Program-made: the position numbers and the translations under genes
Notes under the pieces: model-generated
Seen by the model: only the letters and a program-made list of their open reading frames with translations
Told to the model about the DNA's origin: nothing
The model's database searches: none
Assembly (NCBI RefSeq): GCF_009914755.1
Contig: NC_060931.1
From: the human T2T-CHM13v2.0 reference genome, Homo sapiens
DNA length: 64,000 nucleotides
Reading direction: 5' to 3' (one strand)
In this document: positions 12,189 to 26,180 of the stretch, one piece after another
Layout: each line of letters starts with the position of its first letter
How positions within the stretch are numbered: the first letter of the stretch is position 1

Positions 12189-13236
12189 CACATCCTTGGG
12201 ATTCAGCCACTTCTTAACTTTTCCATAGGTCCATTTTGAGACAGAAAATAATTACTTTGCAAAACATATTCCTAGACTATAGGTAATGGATAGGATACAC
12301 AATCACAATTACTCTCAGAGATTTCTTTTTATATTTATATTATGTACTTATTTTGGTTGAATGTCTAAAATTTGGATAATGTTTGAGATGTCTGTTTTGT
12401 TTTTTCTCTTCTTCCATGCATATACTTGAAGGGGTCTATACACTCTCTAACCCAGGTGTACTGTTTTAATGAACCTGGATGTTGGCATTCCAGGACAATA
12501 ACAGAAGCCATATTTGCTCAGGCCTGAATCAGCCAAAACAGTGGATAACACAGCTTTTGAACCATCTGGGTATTTGAGCTTTTCCTAAACACTTGGATAA
12601 GAATAATAGTAGGGGAAGCGGATATATCTACTGTACTTAATATCTTTTGCATGTTTGATGAGCTTACATTTGGAGTTGGTTTTAGAAGGAAGAATGAGAT
12701 GAAGTGGAAAGTACTATCCCAGCTGTAGTATAAAACTTTATATCCTAAAAATGGAACACAGAAATAAACGAAACCAAAACAAACAAATAAAACCCAAAAA
12801 CTGAACACAGTGTGCCATGAAACTCAGAATGTATCTGCAATAGCACAATCATAACACATTTAAAGACACATAAGTAGTAACTGTAAAATTGAAGAGAACA
12901 TAAATCTGAAATCACTATTTGCTTGTAAGAAGTATCTACAAAACCAAAATTTATTTCAATTCTTCTTCTACATTTCCAGATGGCTATAGAAAAATTTCTG
13001 AAGGAGCAAGGTATTGAAATATGATAGGTTAGGGTGATATAAATTAGCCTCCCTATGGTTTTAATTTGTTCATGCCTTTTTGCAGGATTTCTTGTGGTGT
13101 TGGAATTCTGAAATTCGTATAAGCTCAACTCATTGAATTTGGACATAAAATTTGGAATAGACTCAAGGAGCAAGCAGTGTTAAGGTACAACTCTTTGTCT
13201 GATTTTTTAAATTGTTCATAAATTTGTCAGTATGCC

Positions 13237-13790
13237 TATTCATTCATTCATTCAACAAATATTAGCTGAACACTTACTATGTAAAGCATTATTCTAGCAG
13301 CTGAGGATATAGTAATGAATAAACAGAAAAAAATAGTCCCCACTCTTCTGAGCAGAATTCTAGTAGGTGGTCATAGACAATAAACAAGGTAAATAAGTAG
13401 AGTTTACCAGACAGTTTCTATGGAGAAAAATGAAAAGGGAAGAGGGGTAGTATATGAGGAAGGAGGTAAAATTTTTTGATGACATGATCTCAAGACTTTA
13501 TTCAGAAGCTATCACTTAAGTAAAGACCTGAAGAAACTGAGGGAGGGAATCCTAGAGATACCTAGAGGAAGAATTTTTGAGCAAGGGAAGAACTGAGGAG
13601 AGATCTGGAGGTGAGAGTGTGACAGCAAGGAAGCCATTGTGGCTGTGATGGAGCAGCAGGGGAGAGGTCAGAGAGAAAGTGTAGATGACAGAACCCTAAT
13701 GTGTAGGTCCTTTTATGTCACTATGAGGACTCTGGCTTTTACTCTGAATGAGATGCGAAGCTAATGGAGAGTTTACTGAACTACATGACT
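13237..13790 (-). mobile_element. L2 (L2a-like) 3' end
   Basis: cattcattcattcaacaaatatt...cacttactatgt...gactctggcttttactctgaatgagat. Confidence 0.85.
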
Positions 13791-13844
13791 TACAACATAA
13801 ATATGGAAGATATGTGTTATATGAAATAGTAACCTTAGGCCAGA

Positions 13845-14020
13845 TGTGGTGATTAAAATTAAAATTAATCAAAAATGAAAAATATTAACATTCAGTTCTT
13901 CATTCACACTAACCACATTTCAAGTGGTTAATAGCCAAATGTGGCTATTTACTATAATATTGGGCAGCACAGACATAAAATACATTCATTATTGCAGAAA
14001 TTTTATGGACGGTGCTATTG
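13845..14020 (-). mobile_element. MER3/MER33-type hAT-Charlie relic
   Basis: ttcagttcttcattcacactaaccacatttcaagtggttaatagccaaatgtggcta. Confidence 0.75.
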
Positions 14021-14172
14021 TAGACCAATCATATCATTTATTTATTAATTCTACAGAAATGCATGCCCATAAAAATTGCTAGATATCATATTAAGCTTTC
14101 TATATATATCTCAATATATATTGAATATATATATTTGATACATATAAATGTATATATCTTGAAAAAAAAGGC

Positions 14173-14301
14173 AAGAAATTCAGAAGATAAAGAAGCTGCC
14201 AAGATCACACTTGATATATGAAAAAAACCTGATATATGAAAAGTAAAGGTAGGTTAACTGTAAGCAGAAAAAACAAGTTACTCATAAAAATGAGGCTAAT
14301 T
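14173..14301. repeat. ~130-bp local duplicate, copy 1 (pair at 14926-15055)
   Basis: About 10 mismatches plus 1 gap against 14926-15055. Confidence 0.92.
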
Positions 14302-14655
14302 GCCACATATATATAGAAGATACAGACTTTTCCTTACCTATCATTCAGTCTTGAAAGGAGAACGAGACACAGAATTATGGTCACAGAATTATTACTGAAA
14401 CATGTTCAGGATATAGGTTTCAAATGATAGAGTCAATTATTCAGGCTCCTCAGTTATTCTGGAGGAGAGGAGCTATCCTGAAAATGAGTTGAGAACATGA
14501 GTTATAGTAACACCATGAGTAAGTAAGAGTATTTCAGGTGAAGAGATTAGGTTAGTAGAGATAGTAGTACTCCATAACTACCATAATAAACCTTGTATCT
14601 ATGATGCCTTATTTAATTCTTGCAATAATTTTGAGATGGCAGTATTGATATTTCA

Positions 14656-14923
14656 GGCCTGGTGTGGTGGCTCACACCTGTAATCTCAGTGCTTTGGAGG
14701 GTCGAGGCAGGAGGATGGTTTGAGGCCAGGCATTTAAGACTAGCTTGGCAACATAGTGAGACCCTGATTCTACAATTTTTTTTTAATTAGCCAGATGTAG
14801 TGGTGCATGCCTGTAGTCTTAGGTACTTGGGAGGTTGATGTGGGAGGATCACTTGAGCCCAGGGGTTTGAGGTTACAGTGAGCTTGGCGACAGAGTAAGA
14901 ACTTATCTCTTTTTTTTAAAAAA
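14656..14923 (+). mobile_element. AluJ with 3' right-arm deletion
   Basis: Dimeric Alu; gtgagc joined directly to ttggcgacagag. Confidence 0.9.
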
Positions 14924-14925
14924 GG

Positions 14926-15055
14926 AAGAAATTCAGAAGTTAAATAAGCTGCCAAGATCACACTTGATATATGAAAAACAACTTGATACATGAAAAGTTA
15001 AGGTGGATTAACCGTAGGCAGAAAAAACAAGTTACTCATAAAAATGAGGTTAATT
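14926..15055. repeat. ~130-bp local duplicate, copy 2
   Basis: See copy 1; starts in a MIR-like segment (cagaagttaaataagctgccaagatcacac). Confidence 0.92.
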
Positions 15056-15179
15056 TCAAAAGAAAGTGAAAGAATGGCAATTTGGACTCTGGGTGTCTGG
15101 CTTTAAAGACTGTGATTTCATTTATGTACTATTCTACATTACTTTACTAAAAAGGGGTGTTTTATATATAATAATAAAG

Positions 15180-15480
15180 ATAAAAAATAATGAACAAAGA
15201 TATATAATCAATGTGAACATATGTTCACTCAACAATATGGCCTCAAATTATATAAAGCAACTGATGAGAATGTCAAGAGATAAACCAACAATTAAGGTTG
15301 AAGATATCAACATATGCTTCTCAGGAAGAGATAGAATAAAATAGACAAAAAATAAAGTGGAGATACTAAAAATCTGTTCAATTAAAGGTTTGAGTTATTA
15401 TGTATATTATATATTCCATACTAAAACAGAATATACTTTAAGCATACACTGAATATTTACTAAAATAGTTCATTAGGAAA
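15180..15480 (+). mobile_element. Old L1M ORF2 (endonuclease region) fragment
   Basis: ORF 15066-15344 IINVNICSLNNMASNYIKQ...PTIKVEDIN resembles L1 EN. Confidence 0.65.
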
Positions 15481-15487
15481 TAATGTC

Positions 15488-17175
15488 AGGGAAAGATGCC
15501 CCATGTTCATGGATTGAAAGTCTTAATAATGTTGAGATGCAATTCTTTTCAAAGTCATCTACAGACATAATACAATACCTATTAAAATTCCAGTGGCCTC
15601 CTTTTTTCCAAAAATGGAAAAGCTAACCTTAAAATTCATATGGAATTACAAGGGCCTCTAAATAGCCAAAAACTATTGAGAAAGGAAAAGAACTTTGGAG
15701 GACTCATACTTTCTAATGTCAAAACTAACTGCAAAGCTACAGTAACCATAACGGTGTGGTACTGGCAAAAAGATAGACGTATAGATGAACAGAACAGAAT
15801 TAAGAGTCCTGAAATAAACCCAAACATCTATGGCCAAGTAACTTTTGACAATGGTGCCAAGCTCTTCAGTGAGAAAAAAATAGTCTCTTTAACAAATGGT
15901 GCTGGAACAACTGGATAACCACATGCAAAATAATACATTTGAACTCTTCCTTTACTCCATATATAAAAATTAACTCAAAATGGATCAACCTAAATATAAG
16001 AGTTAAAACTATAAAATCATTAGAAGAAAACACAAGGGTAAATCTTGATGACCTCGGATTTGGCAATGGGTTTTTAGGTTTGACACCAAAATCACAAGCA
16101 ATAAAGAATAAATAGATGAATTTGACCTCATAAAAATTAAAAATGTTTGTGCACCAAAGGACCTCATCAAGAAAGTGAAAAGACAACTCACAGAATCAGA
16201 GAAAATATTTGTAAATCATATATCTGATAAGAATTTAGTATGGAGAATATATATTAGGTTGGTGCAAAAGTTATTCCAGTTTTTGCCACTAAAAGTAATG
16301 GCAAAACTGCAACTACTTTTGTACCAACCTAAAGAAAACAAGTCAAGAAGAAAAAGATGAACAATCCAATAAAAAAATGGGTAAAGGACATAAATATACA
16401 TTTTTTTCAAAGAAAATGTACAAATGGGCAATGAGCACAGGAAATGATGTTCAACGTAAATGGTAATTAAGGATATGCAAATCAATACTACAGTGAGATA
16501 TCACTTCATACCCACTGTGATGGCTATAATTAAACAGCCAAATATGGCAAGTGTTGTGGAGAATGTAGAACTCTTGTACATGGGTGGGGATGTAAAATGA
16601 TGCAGCCACTGGGGAAAACGATTTGGTGGTGCCTCAAAAAGTTAACATATATAATTACCATATGACCCTGCAATTTCGTTTTAAGTGTATGCCTAGGAGG
16701 AATAAAATGATATGACCACACAGAAACTTTCATACATTATTCATAATAGCCAAAAGGTAGAAAAATGATTGAGATGTCCACTGAGAGGTGAATGGATAAA
16801 TTGTGGTCCATACATGCTATAGAATATTATTCATTCATAAAAGGTAATGAAGCACCGATGGCTGCTAAAACTTGGATGAACCACAAAAACATGCTAAGGA
16901 AAAGAAGCCATGCATGAAAGCCATTCCTTTTATATGAAATACCCAGAACAGATAAATTCATAGAGACAGCAAGCAGATTAGTAGTTGCCAGGGGATGGGA
17001 GGAGAGTTGAGGGTTTTTAATGGATACAGAGTATTGTTCTGGGATGAAGAAAGGTTTTGAAACTGGAGAGCCATGGTCTTGCACAACACTGTGAATGGGC
17101 TAAATGCCACTGAATTATACATTTCAAAATGCTTAATAGTATGCTATTTGAGTTTCATCTCATTTAAAAAAAAAA
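15488..17175 (+). mobile_element. L1MB-type 3' portion (ORF2 C-terminus + 3' UTR)
   Basis: KATVTITVWYWQKDRRIDEQNRIKSPEINPNIYGQ; L1MB-like 3' UTR and A-tail. Confidence 0.9.
16254..16332. mobile_element. MADE1 (Hsmar1-derived MITE)
   Basis: ttaggttggtgcaaaag...cttttgtaccaacctaa terminal inverted repeats, 79 bp, TA on the left. Confidence 0.93.
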
Positions 17176-17179
17176 CCCT

Positions 17180-18030
<851 letters not shown>

Positions 18031-19489
18031 TTATGAGGTAATACTGGGGAGATTGGAGGAAAGTAAAACACCGTCTCTATGTTCTCCCCTAATCTTCATT
18101 AAATACTCCAGTGTTTCCTAGTTTTACTTTTCCTGCCGTTTCCTCATATCTTTCTTCTGTACCTGTGCTTCTAAACTATGAGAAATTTTGAATAAGGTTA
18201 GACTTCTGAAAAATGTTCATAGAAAGGAAAAATAGCAGAACCCATAGTATTTATTTATTTAGCCCATAATTATATCTGTTTCCCCTGCTTCCTTCCCTCC
18301 CTCTCTCCCTCCTTTCATTCTTTCTTCTTAAAAGTCACCTGTATTTATGATTTAATTTTTATTATTTATGGTGGACAACTTGCTTGTTATCATGGGACAC
18401 TGTATTTCTCGTATCTTAAGCTCTATAGAAATAATATATAAAGCAATGAGTGAAGTATATTTTTACTGTTAACATTTTTAACAAAGAGTCAGATTATAAA
18501 TCATGATTTTGATAGGGTAAAGAAAAATGATCCCAAGCCCCACTGCCTTCATAAATGGGCATGCACGTCAGTGAGTTAAGCTTGACTAGTTTTATGATGC
18601 AGTTTGAAGTCAGAAAAGATTGTAAGCAGGTTTCTAACCTTTTTTTTAAAATTTGGCTTTGCATATGAGTGACTCTTAACGCCTAGATCATTTCCAATGG
18701 TCACACACCAGGTACTACTTTTTTAAACACAGAAATCATAACCCTTTTATAACTAGTAACCACTCTTACTCCTTGAGAATAGCTAAAAAACCTGGAGGCA
18801 AAGCTAGGCTGAAATATTAATTATGTGTATGTTTTGAGTAGTAATACATTTTTTCAACCATTTCTCCTGTTACTGTGAAGAAAGAGACCACGTTCCTGTT
18901 CAACTGATTGGATTCACTATGCAGCCCCAGCCTGTGGTTTCAACTATTCATTGTGTAGCACAACCATTTCCAGAACATAATATGTCTATTCTCCCTTGGG
19001 CCTATTTTTATTTTCTGGGCGTGAACAAACTATTGGAAGTGCCTCTTTGTCATGAATAAAGTTCTTTGTCATGAATAAACCTCTATGATTCTTATGAGAG
19101 AGGAGAATGCTGGGAAAATCAGGAAGAATTGGCTTCTTTCACAACTATTAGGCTTCTGCTAACAGTTCTTTCTCACCTGCTTCTGTCTTCAGTAGACCTC
19201 ACAGCTAAATTTATTGATATTTCCCCCTACCCTAACCCCAAGCTCACCCTGACAACCTGGGGACCCAAGTCTTCCTCTAGTCCTTAGGAACTAAGGCCAA
19301 TAAAGGAAGTGTATCTATATTCTTGGGTCTATCCCCTAGCTTAGAATTGGAATGAAATCCTGATTCCCTAGCTCAGTAACAGCTACTGGACTCTCTTTCA
19401 CTTCTATTTCCCTCCAGTTCTCTGAACTTAACTGATATGAAGGTGTTTAGTATCTGACCAGCATCCTTCAGCTTTTCCTCCTTGTATTC

Positions 19490-20450
19490 ATGTACCTCTC
19501 ATCTTCTAATTCAGTAATTAATTTTACGAAGACGTGCTGAGCACTTCCTTTTTTCCAGTCAATCTTTTATTTTCTTGGAGAGAACAATAGACTCAACAAA
19601 TTGCCTGCTCTTACAGATCTTAGTGGAAGAGAAAGAAACAAATAAATCTATTACACAAGTTCTGGTGGACATAAGTTGACCTAATTTAGATATTTGTCCC
19701 CACCCAAATTGATGTTGAAATGTAATACCTAATGCTGGAGGCGGGGCCTGGTGGGAGGTGTTTAGATTATGGGGGTGGATCCTTCATGTCTTGGTGCTGT
19801 TTTCAGGATAGTGAGTGAGTTCTCAAGAGATAGGTGTGTGGCATCTCCCCTCACCTTTCTCTCTCTCTCTCTCTTGCTCCTGCTTTTGCATTTTACATAC
19901 CAGCTTCAACTTCTGCCATGATTAGAAGCTTCCTCAGGCCTCCCCAGAAGTGGATACCACTATACTTCTGTACAGTCTGCAGAACAGTGAGCCAATTAAA
20001 CCTCTTTTCTTATAAATTACCCAGTATCAGGTAATTCCTTACAGCATTGCAAGAACGGTCTAACACGTAAGTATTATTAAGAAAAATAAAATAATAAACC
20101 CTCATGAACTGAGGAGGCCAGTGTGGCTAGAGAATGTTGGATGACAGGCAGAATGGGTGAGGTAGGCAAGGGCCAGGTTCTGTAGGATCCTTGCAGGCTA
20201 TGATGAAGAGTTTACATTTTATTATAATTGTTATGGGAAGTCATTGAATGGTTTTTGAGCCAGGATATGACATGATCATTCCTACATTTTAAAAGGCCTT
20301 TCTGCTTTAAGAACAATAAGCTGCAGCAGGACAAAAGTGGATGCACAGAGACCAGTAAATTAAAATGCGATTGCTATGGTCAAGGTGATAAATACTGATG
20401 GCTCAATTAGTGCATGATAAATGATCAGAATTGAAATACACATATGAAAG
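19490..20450 (-). mobile_element. L2 fragment interrupted by MST LTR
   Basis: gaggccagtgtggctagag...ggtaggcaagggccagg...gggaagtcattgaatggttt; boundaries approximate. Confidence 0.6.
19677..20067 (+). mobile_element. MSTB/MSTA solo LTR
   Basis: MST body; 5-bp TSD taagt at 19672-19676 and 20068-20072. Confidence 0.92.
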
Positions 20451-21019
20451 GGATAATACCTTGGAATTCTTGATTCTGTTCCTTGATTGCCGGACCTAAC
20501 TCCATGGGGGTGATTTGTGAAGCTATTGAGACTTGAACTTTCTAGTTGCCCTTGTCATCAGCAATTTTTCAATCTCTTTAACCTCTACCTACAAATGCTT
20601 CCCAATTTTTTCTAGTGATAACAGTAGTCTACTTTTAGACTTGAACTTTTTGATTGCCCTCTCTAACAACAAACTTGCAGCTTCTTTGATCCTGGACTGC
20701 AACTGTCCAATACTTTTCACCTGTGAGGGAGTCTCTTCTTGGTCTCTACTCACCTTACCTTCCTGCTGGCCCTGAGTTTCAGAAGTCTTTGTGGGCTTTC
20801 TAGTGAGCCTGTGAACTCACGGAAGCCATCTAAAAACTTGACCTGTGTAAATGTTGTAAAATAGTGACTAAGTGTAATAGGATAAATCCAAATTTGCTGT
20901 ATATTTTTCCTTTTATGTGTTTAAAAATATTTACTATTTCCCTGCTCTTACATGGTTTCCATGTGTGGAATACAATTCCTTATTCTCAGTCAAAAATAAA
21001 TAACATGTCTAAAGAAAAG

Positions 21020-21256
21020 ATAAAATAATTGTATCAAAAGATAATTGAAAAAATAGTGGGTAGACGCAGAATAGTCAATGATTCAGTTAGTGCAAATATT
21101 AGAAATATAATAAATGAATTTACAAAATAATTTTTTGTTCAAGTAATTGAAGTCAACAGTGAGCTTTCTGGCAAAGAATTTGATACCATTAAAAAAGAAC
21201 CAAATGGAAATTCTAGATTTAAAAAAATACAAAATGACTGAAATTAAGAAATCAGT
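21020..21256 (+). mobile_element. L1M ORF1-region fragment
   Basis: aaaaagaaccaaatggaaattctagatttaaaaaaatacaaaatgactgaaattaagaa. Confidence 0.7.
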
Positions 21257-21343
21257 GACTAGCCTGGGCAAGAAAGTGAGACCCAGTCTTGAAAAAAAAC
21301 TAAAATATTAGCTGGGTATGGTGGTGCACACCTGTAGTCCCAG
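21257..21343 (+). mobile_element. Internal Alu fragment (middle A-rich region only)
   Basis: gactagcctgggcaag...ttagctgggtatggtggtgcacacctgtagtcccag; both ends missing. Confidence 0.85.
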
Positions 21344-22659
21344 ATCATGTCATCCAATTTTCAAAACTGTGTTTTTCTGCTGATCTAAAAAACTTGCATG
21401 ATTCCCTTATTGGAAGAGCAATTGGAGTAGATGTGTTCCACATACCTTGGTAACAGATGTTATCTCCACATTCTGCAAATTCCTGGAATCATTTAAAGTA
21501 AGCATGGTGTCCAGGATGGTAAAATGTTTCAGCCAAACATCCATCCAAGAGCCAGCTGTTTATGCAGTTAGAAAAAGATGCCATTCAGAGTCTTTTTTTT
21601 TTTTCAGTTACAGGATTCTATAGCATGCTTTATAAATGCTACAAATATTTACTTTTCTTTCAGAATAGCAAACAGATTGCCCACAAATTTACTAAGCATT
21701 TTGTGTTTCTCTTTGCTTTTCTTTGATGAAGAATGAGTGTTATTTGAATTGGAACAGAGTAAATCTTGGTAGACTTTTGGGCATTGGAAATCTGTAAAGC
21801 CACCCCTGTAATGGCGTTAAAGAGACCATATTTTTTGGATACTTCTGTTTAACTGCTTGGATTTTTTCCTGGAAGTCTTTTATTAAAACCCTTCTTAAAG
21901 TTTCCTTTCATTCCAATTTCCCAATTTGGATCACTGTTACTTGCTCTGGTGAAGAGAATGAAATGTTAAAGTTGATTATATGTCATTTTGCCCTGAAAAA
22001 AGTGAGTTCTACTACTCTAAAAAAAAATCTTATTCTTAATTTTTTTTTTTTTTTACAAAGCGAGTGGAACAGAAATAGAATAATACAGGACCAAGTGTCA
22101 GCAATATGTTAATTTTCACTGACTGCTGGTGATATTGGCTTTTTGTGTCACTCTGACTCAAAGCCCATTTTAAAATTTAATGTAACTATTATAAGTGTCT
22201 TAAAATATGTCATTTGGGCCATATGACTCAGAAAAGAATGACTTTGCAGGATATATGCCAAGGGTGAATGCCTGCATAGGAAAGCAAGCTCATAATCATG
22301 AAAATCATTAATATATTTTTTTAATCAAAACGCATATTCCCATTCAAACTATTATTATCCTGAATAAGATCCTCATAATCTCTCACTTAACTATCACAAT
22401 AACTCTGATTGGTCTCTCTTCCTCAATTGTACATTCACCTTTTCCACCACCTCACTTTCAATAGAGGAAACACTAAACCAATAATAGTCAAGTGAGGTAG
22501 ATACTACTATGGGCCTATCTAGATTTTGGGGGGGCAATTCTGAGTGTTCTAGCTACAACTCATTTCTTTCCTCCCTCTAAGAAAGAAAATCAGAATGCAA
22601 TCTAGTGAGAGTGTTACTATCCCAATAATTGCACTAATTTTTTTGCTGTCAATTTGATT

Positions 22660-23670
22660 TTTTAATCATGGAAGTATGATTTATATGCAACAATATTCAC
22701 CAGTTTTAAGAATTACAATTTCATGAGTTAGGACAAACATACAGTCAAATAAACACCATGACAATCATGATACAAAACAAGCTTGTCTAACCCACAGCCC
22801 AGGATGGCTTTGAATGAGGCCCTACACAAATTCATAACATGAGATTTTTTTTGTGATTTTTTTTTTAGTTCATCAACTGTTATTAGTGTTATATATTTTA
22901 TGTGTAGCCCAAGACAATTTTTCTTCTTCCAATGTGGCCCAGGGAAACCAAAAGATTGGACACTCCTGAATTATGAAACATTTCTCTCACTCCAAAAAGT
23001 CCTTTGCCTTTCATTTCCTGGCCTCAAACCCTTTCCCCTGACAAACACAGATTTCTGTATCTTATAATAGGTTTACCTTTTCTAGAATTCATAAAATTGA
23101 TTCCTAGAGCACATATTTCTTTATGTATGGCTTCTTATATAATAATTTAGAGATTCACCCATGTTGTTTTATTAGTATTTCATTCTTTTGTGTTGCTGAG
23201 TAATATTTTTAATGGATATACCAACTTTGTTTTTACATTTCAGTTGATAGACATCTTTTTGGCCATTATGTTATTGTCCAGTTTTTGGCTATTATGAATA
23301 CAACTACTTTGAATATTATTGAGTACAAATCTCTCTAGGAGAACATAGGTTTTCGTATCTCTTGGGTAAATATCTAGGAGTGGAACTGTGGTTGTATGAT
23401 AAATGTAAGTTTAAATTTATTAGAAACTTACAAACTATTTTCAAAGTTTCATTTTACGTTCACACAAACATTGTGTGAGAGTTCAAATTTCTTAGTATTT
23501 TTATCAACTCTTGTTATATGACTTTTTGTTTATAGCCTTTTTGGTGGTTATCTAGACATATAGCACTGTGGTTTTAATTTGCATTTCCCTAGTGACAAAT
23601 AATATGGAATATCTTTCATGTGCTTGTCATTCTTATATTTTTTTTGTTAAGTATCTGTTGTGTGCATTCT
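22660..23670 (-). mobile_element. Old L1ME/L1MC 3' region
   Basis: tttttggctattatgaata...tcttgggtaaatatctaggagtggaact...gtggttttaatttgcatttccctagtgac. Confidence 0.8.
22778..22968 (-). mobile_element. MER30 (hAT-Charlie)
   Basis: caagcttgtctaaccc...gtggcccagggaaaccaaaagattggacactcctg. Confidence 0.88.
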
Positions 23671-23716
23671 GGACCTAAGACACCAGTCTTTGAGACATTC
23701 TTCCTTTTTCTTCTCT

Positions 23717-23964
23717 GGTGTATATGTACCACATTTTCTTTATCCAATCCATTGCTGATAGGCACTTAGGTTGATTCCATGTCTTTGAGTGAACAATGCT
23801 GTAACGAACATCTGGGTGCATGAGTCTTTTTGGTAGAACAATTTATTTTCTTTTGGATATACACCCAGTAATGGAACTGCTAGGTCAAGTGATAGCTCTG
23901 TTTACAGTTCTGCGAGAAATCGCCAAATCGCTTTCCACAGTAGCTGAAGGAATTTACATTACCA
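23717..23964 (-). mobile_element. L1PA/L1PB internal 3' fragment
   Basis: accacattttctttatccaatcc...ggatatacacccagtaatgg. Confidence 0.85.
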
Positions 23965-24599
23965 TGTGGTTGTATCAGCCTATTTTCTACCCGTAAAATT
24001 TGGAGACTTCAACAGCCTTCTTTCATTTTGTATCCATCCTCTCTTTGTCCCTTTCAGAACCTCAGGCCCAGAGGGTGGAGCCAGGAGCCATAGAGGATTA
24101 TTCACAGACCTTGAAACCTAATGGAGTTTACCCAGTTGGATTTTGAGGGAACTGAGACTCAGGGAGGTCACATTGCTATAGGAATAGAAATATGAGTCTC
24201 ACTATAAAGTCAATATATTTTTTTCCTTTACCTTACTGCTTTTGGGGTATGATGGGTTATATAGTATATTTTTTGATAAAAGGGAACATATTAGTTCATT
24301 AGGAGAATATAGTATTTTCTGGATAATAGTATCTGAGAGGAAATTATGCTTTTATGGAGAATATTGAATAATGATTAAAGAGTATTCAACAATGGTTTGA
24401 TATAAGATACAGAAAATTTATTCATTTCTTAAAATTTCAACTTTAATACATTGTGACATTAATACATGTCTAAATGAAGATCTTTATACTAAGCAGATGA
24501 GAAGTACAAATATAGCTTTTGGGTTAGATAAGTCTATATAAGACAGATCTAGGAGACCCAAAGGGATATATTTGTAATGTCCATTAAAAAATGCCAAGA

Positions 24600-26180
24600 T
24601 ATACTGCCCAAAGCAATCTACAGATTCAATGCTATTCCTGTCAAGCTACCAATTTCATTTTTCATGGATCTAGAAAAAACTATTCTAAAATTCATATGGA
24701 ACCAAAAAAGAACCCAAATAGCCAAAGCATTCCTAAACAAAAAGAACAAAGCCAGATGCATTACATTACCAGATTTCAAACTATACTATAAAGCTATAGT
24801 AACCAAAACAGCAAGGTACTGGTACAAAAACAGACACAGAGACCAATGGAACTGAATAGAGCACTCAGAAGTAATGCTGCACACCTGCAGCCATGTGATC
24901 TTCAAGAAAGTTGACAAAAACAAGCAATTGGGAAAATATTTCCTGATCAATAAATGGTGCTGGGATAGCGGGCTAGCCATATGCAGAAGAATGAAACTAG
25001 ATCCCTATTTTTCACTAGGTATAAAAATCAACTGGATGGATTGAAGATTTCAATATAAGATCTCAAACTATAAGAATCCTAGAAGAAAAGCTAGGAAACA
25101 CCATTCTGGACATTGGCCTTGGGAAAGAATTTATGACTAAGTCCTCAAAAACAATGACATCAACAACAAAAAAATTGACAAGTGGGACCTAATTAAACTA
25201 AAGAGCTTCTGCACAGCAAAAGAAACTGTCAACAGAGTAAATGGACAACTTACAGAATGGAATAAAATATTAGCAAATACAAATCTTACAAAAGTCTAAT
25301 ATCCAGAATCAGTAAAGAACTTAAACAATTGCACAAGCAAAAAACAAATAACCCCATTTAAAAATGGACAAAAAACATGAACAGACATTTCTCAAAAGAC
25401 ATACAAGCAGCCAACAAACATTTGAAAAAATGCTCAACATTATCAGAGAAATGTGAATCAAAGCCACAATGAGATACCATGTCATACCAGTCAGAATGGC
25501 TATTACTGAAAAGTCAAAAAAATAGATACTGGTGAGATTGTGAAGAAAAGAGAACAACTGTTGGAGGGAATGTAAATTAGTTTAGCCACTGTGGAAAGCA
25601 GTTTGGAGATTTTTCAAATAACTCAAAACAGATCTAGTATTTGAGCCAGCAATCCCATTACTGGGTATATATCCAAAAGAAAATAAATTTTTCTACCAAA
25701 AATATGCATGCACACATTAAATGCAGTACTATTCACAGTAGCAAAGACATGGAATCAACCTTGGTGCCCATCAATGGTGGATTGGATAAATGTGATATAT
25801 ACACACTATGGAATACTATGCAGCCATAAAAAAGAATGAAATCATATCCTCTGTAGCAACATGGATGCAGCTAGAGGCCATTATCCTAAACAAATTAACA
25901 TAGGAACAGAAAACCAAGGACTACATGTTCTCGTTTATAAGTGGGAGATAAACATTGGGTACTCATGGACATAAAGACGGCAACAACAGAAACCGTAGAT
26001 TACTAGAGCAGGGAGAGAGTGAGGGAGCCAAGGACTGAAAAACTATTAAGTACTCTGCTCAGTACTGTGATGATAGTATCACTCACACCTCAAAACTCAG
26101 CATCACGCAATATACTCAGGTAAGAAACCTGCACATGTACACCCTGAATTTAAAATTAAAGTTGAAATTATTTTTAAAAA
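24600..26180 (+). mobile_element. L1PA15-17-type, 5'-truncated
   Basis: [17 protein letters not shown]...[24 protein letters not shown]; 3' UTR ends aaagttgaaattatttttaaaaa. Confidence 0.93.

Noticed and set aside
13086-13184. Possible plus-strand exon after a strong acceptor (cctttttgcAG)
   Set aside because: Stops in all three frames and a weak donor (gtacaa)
22154-22230. Two TGACTCA AP-1 sites 70 bp apart
   Set aside because: Two 7-mers alone are compatible with chance in 64 kb
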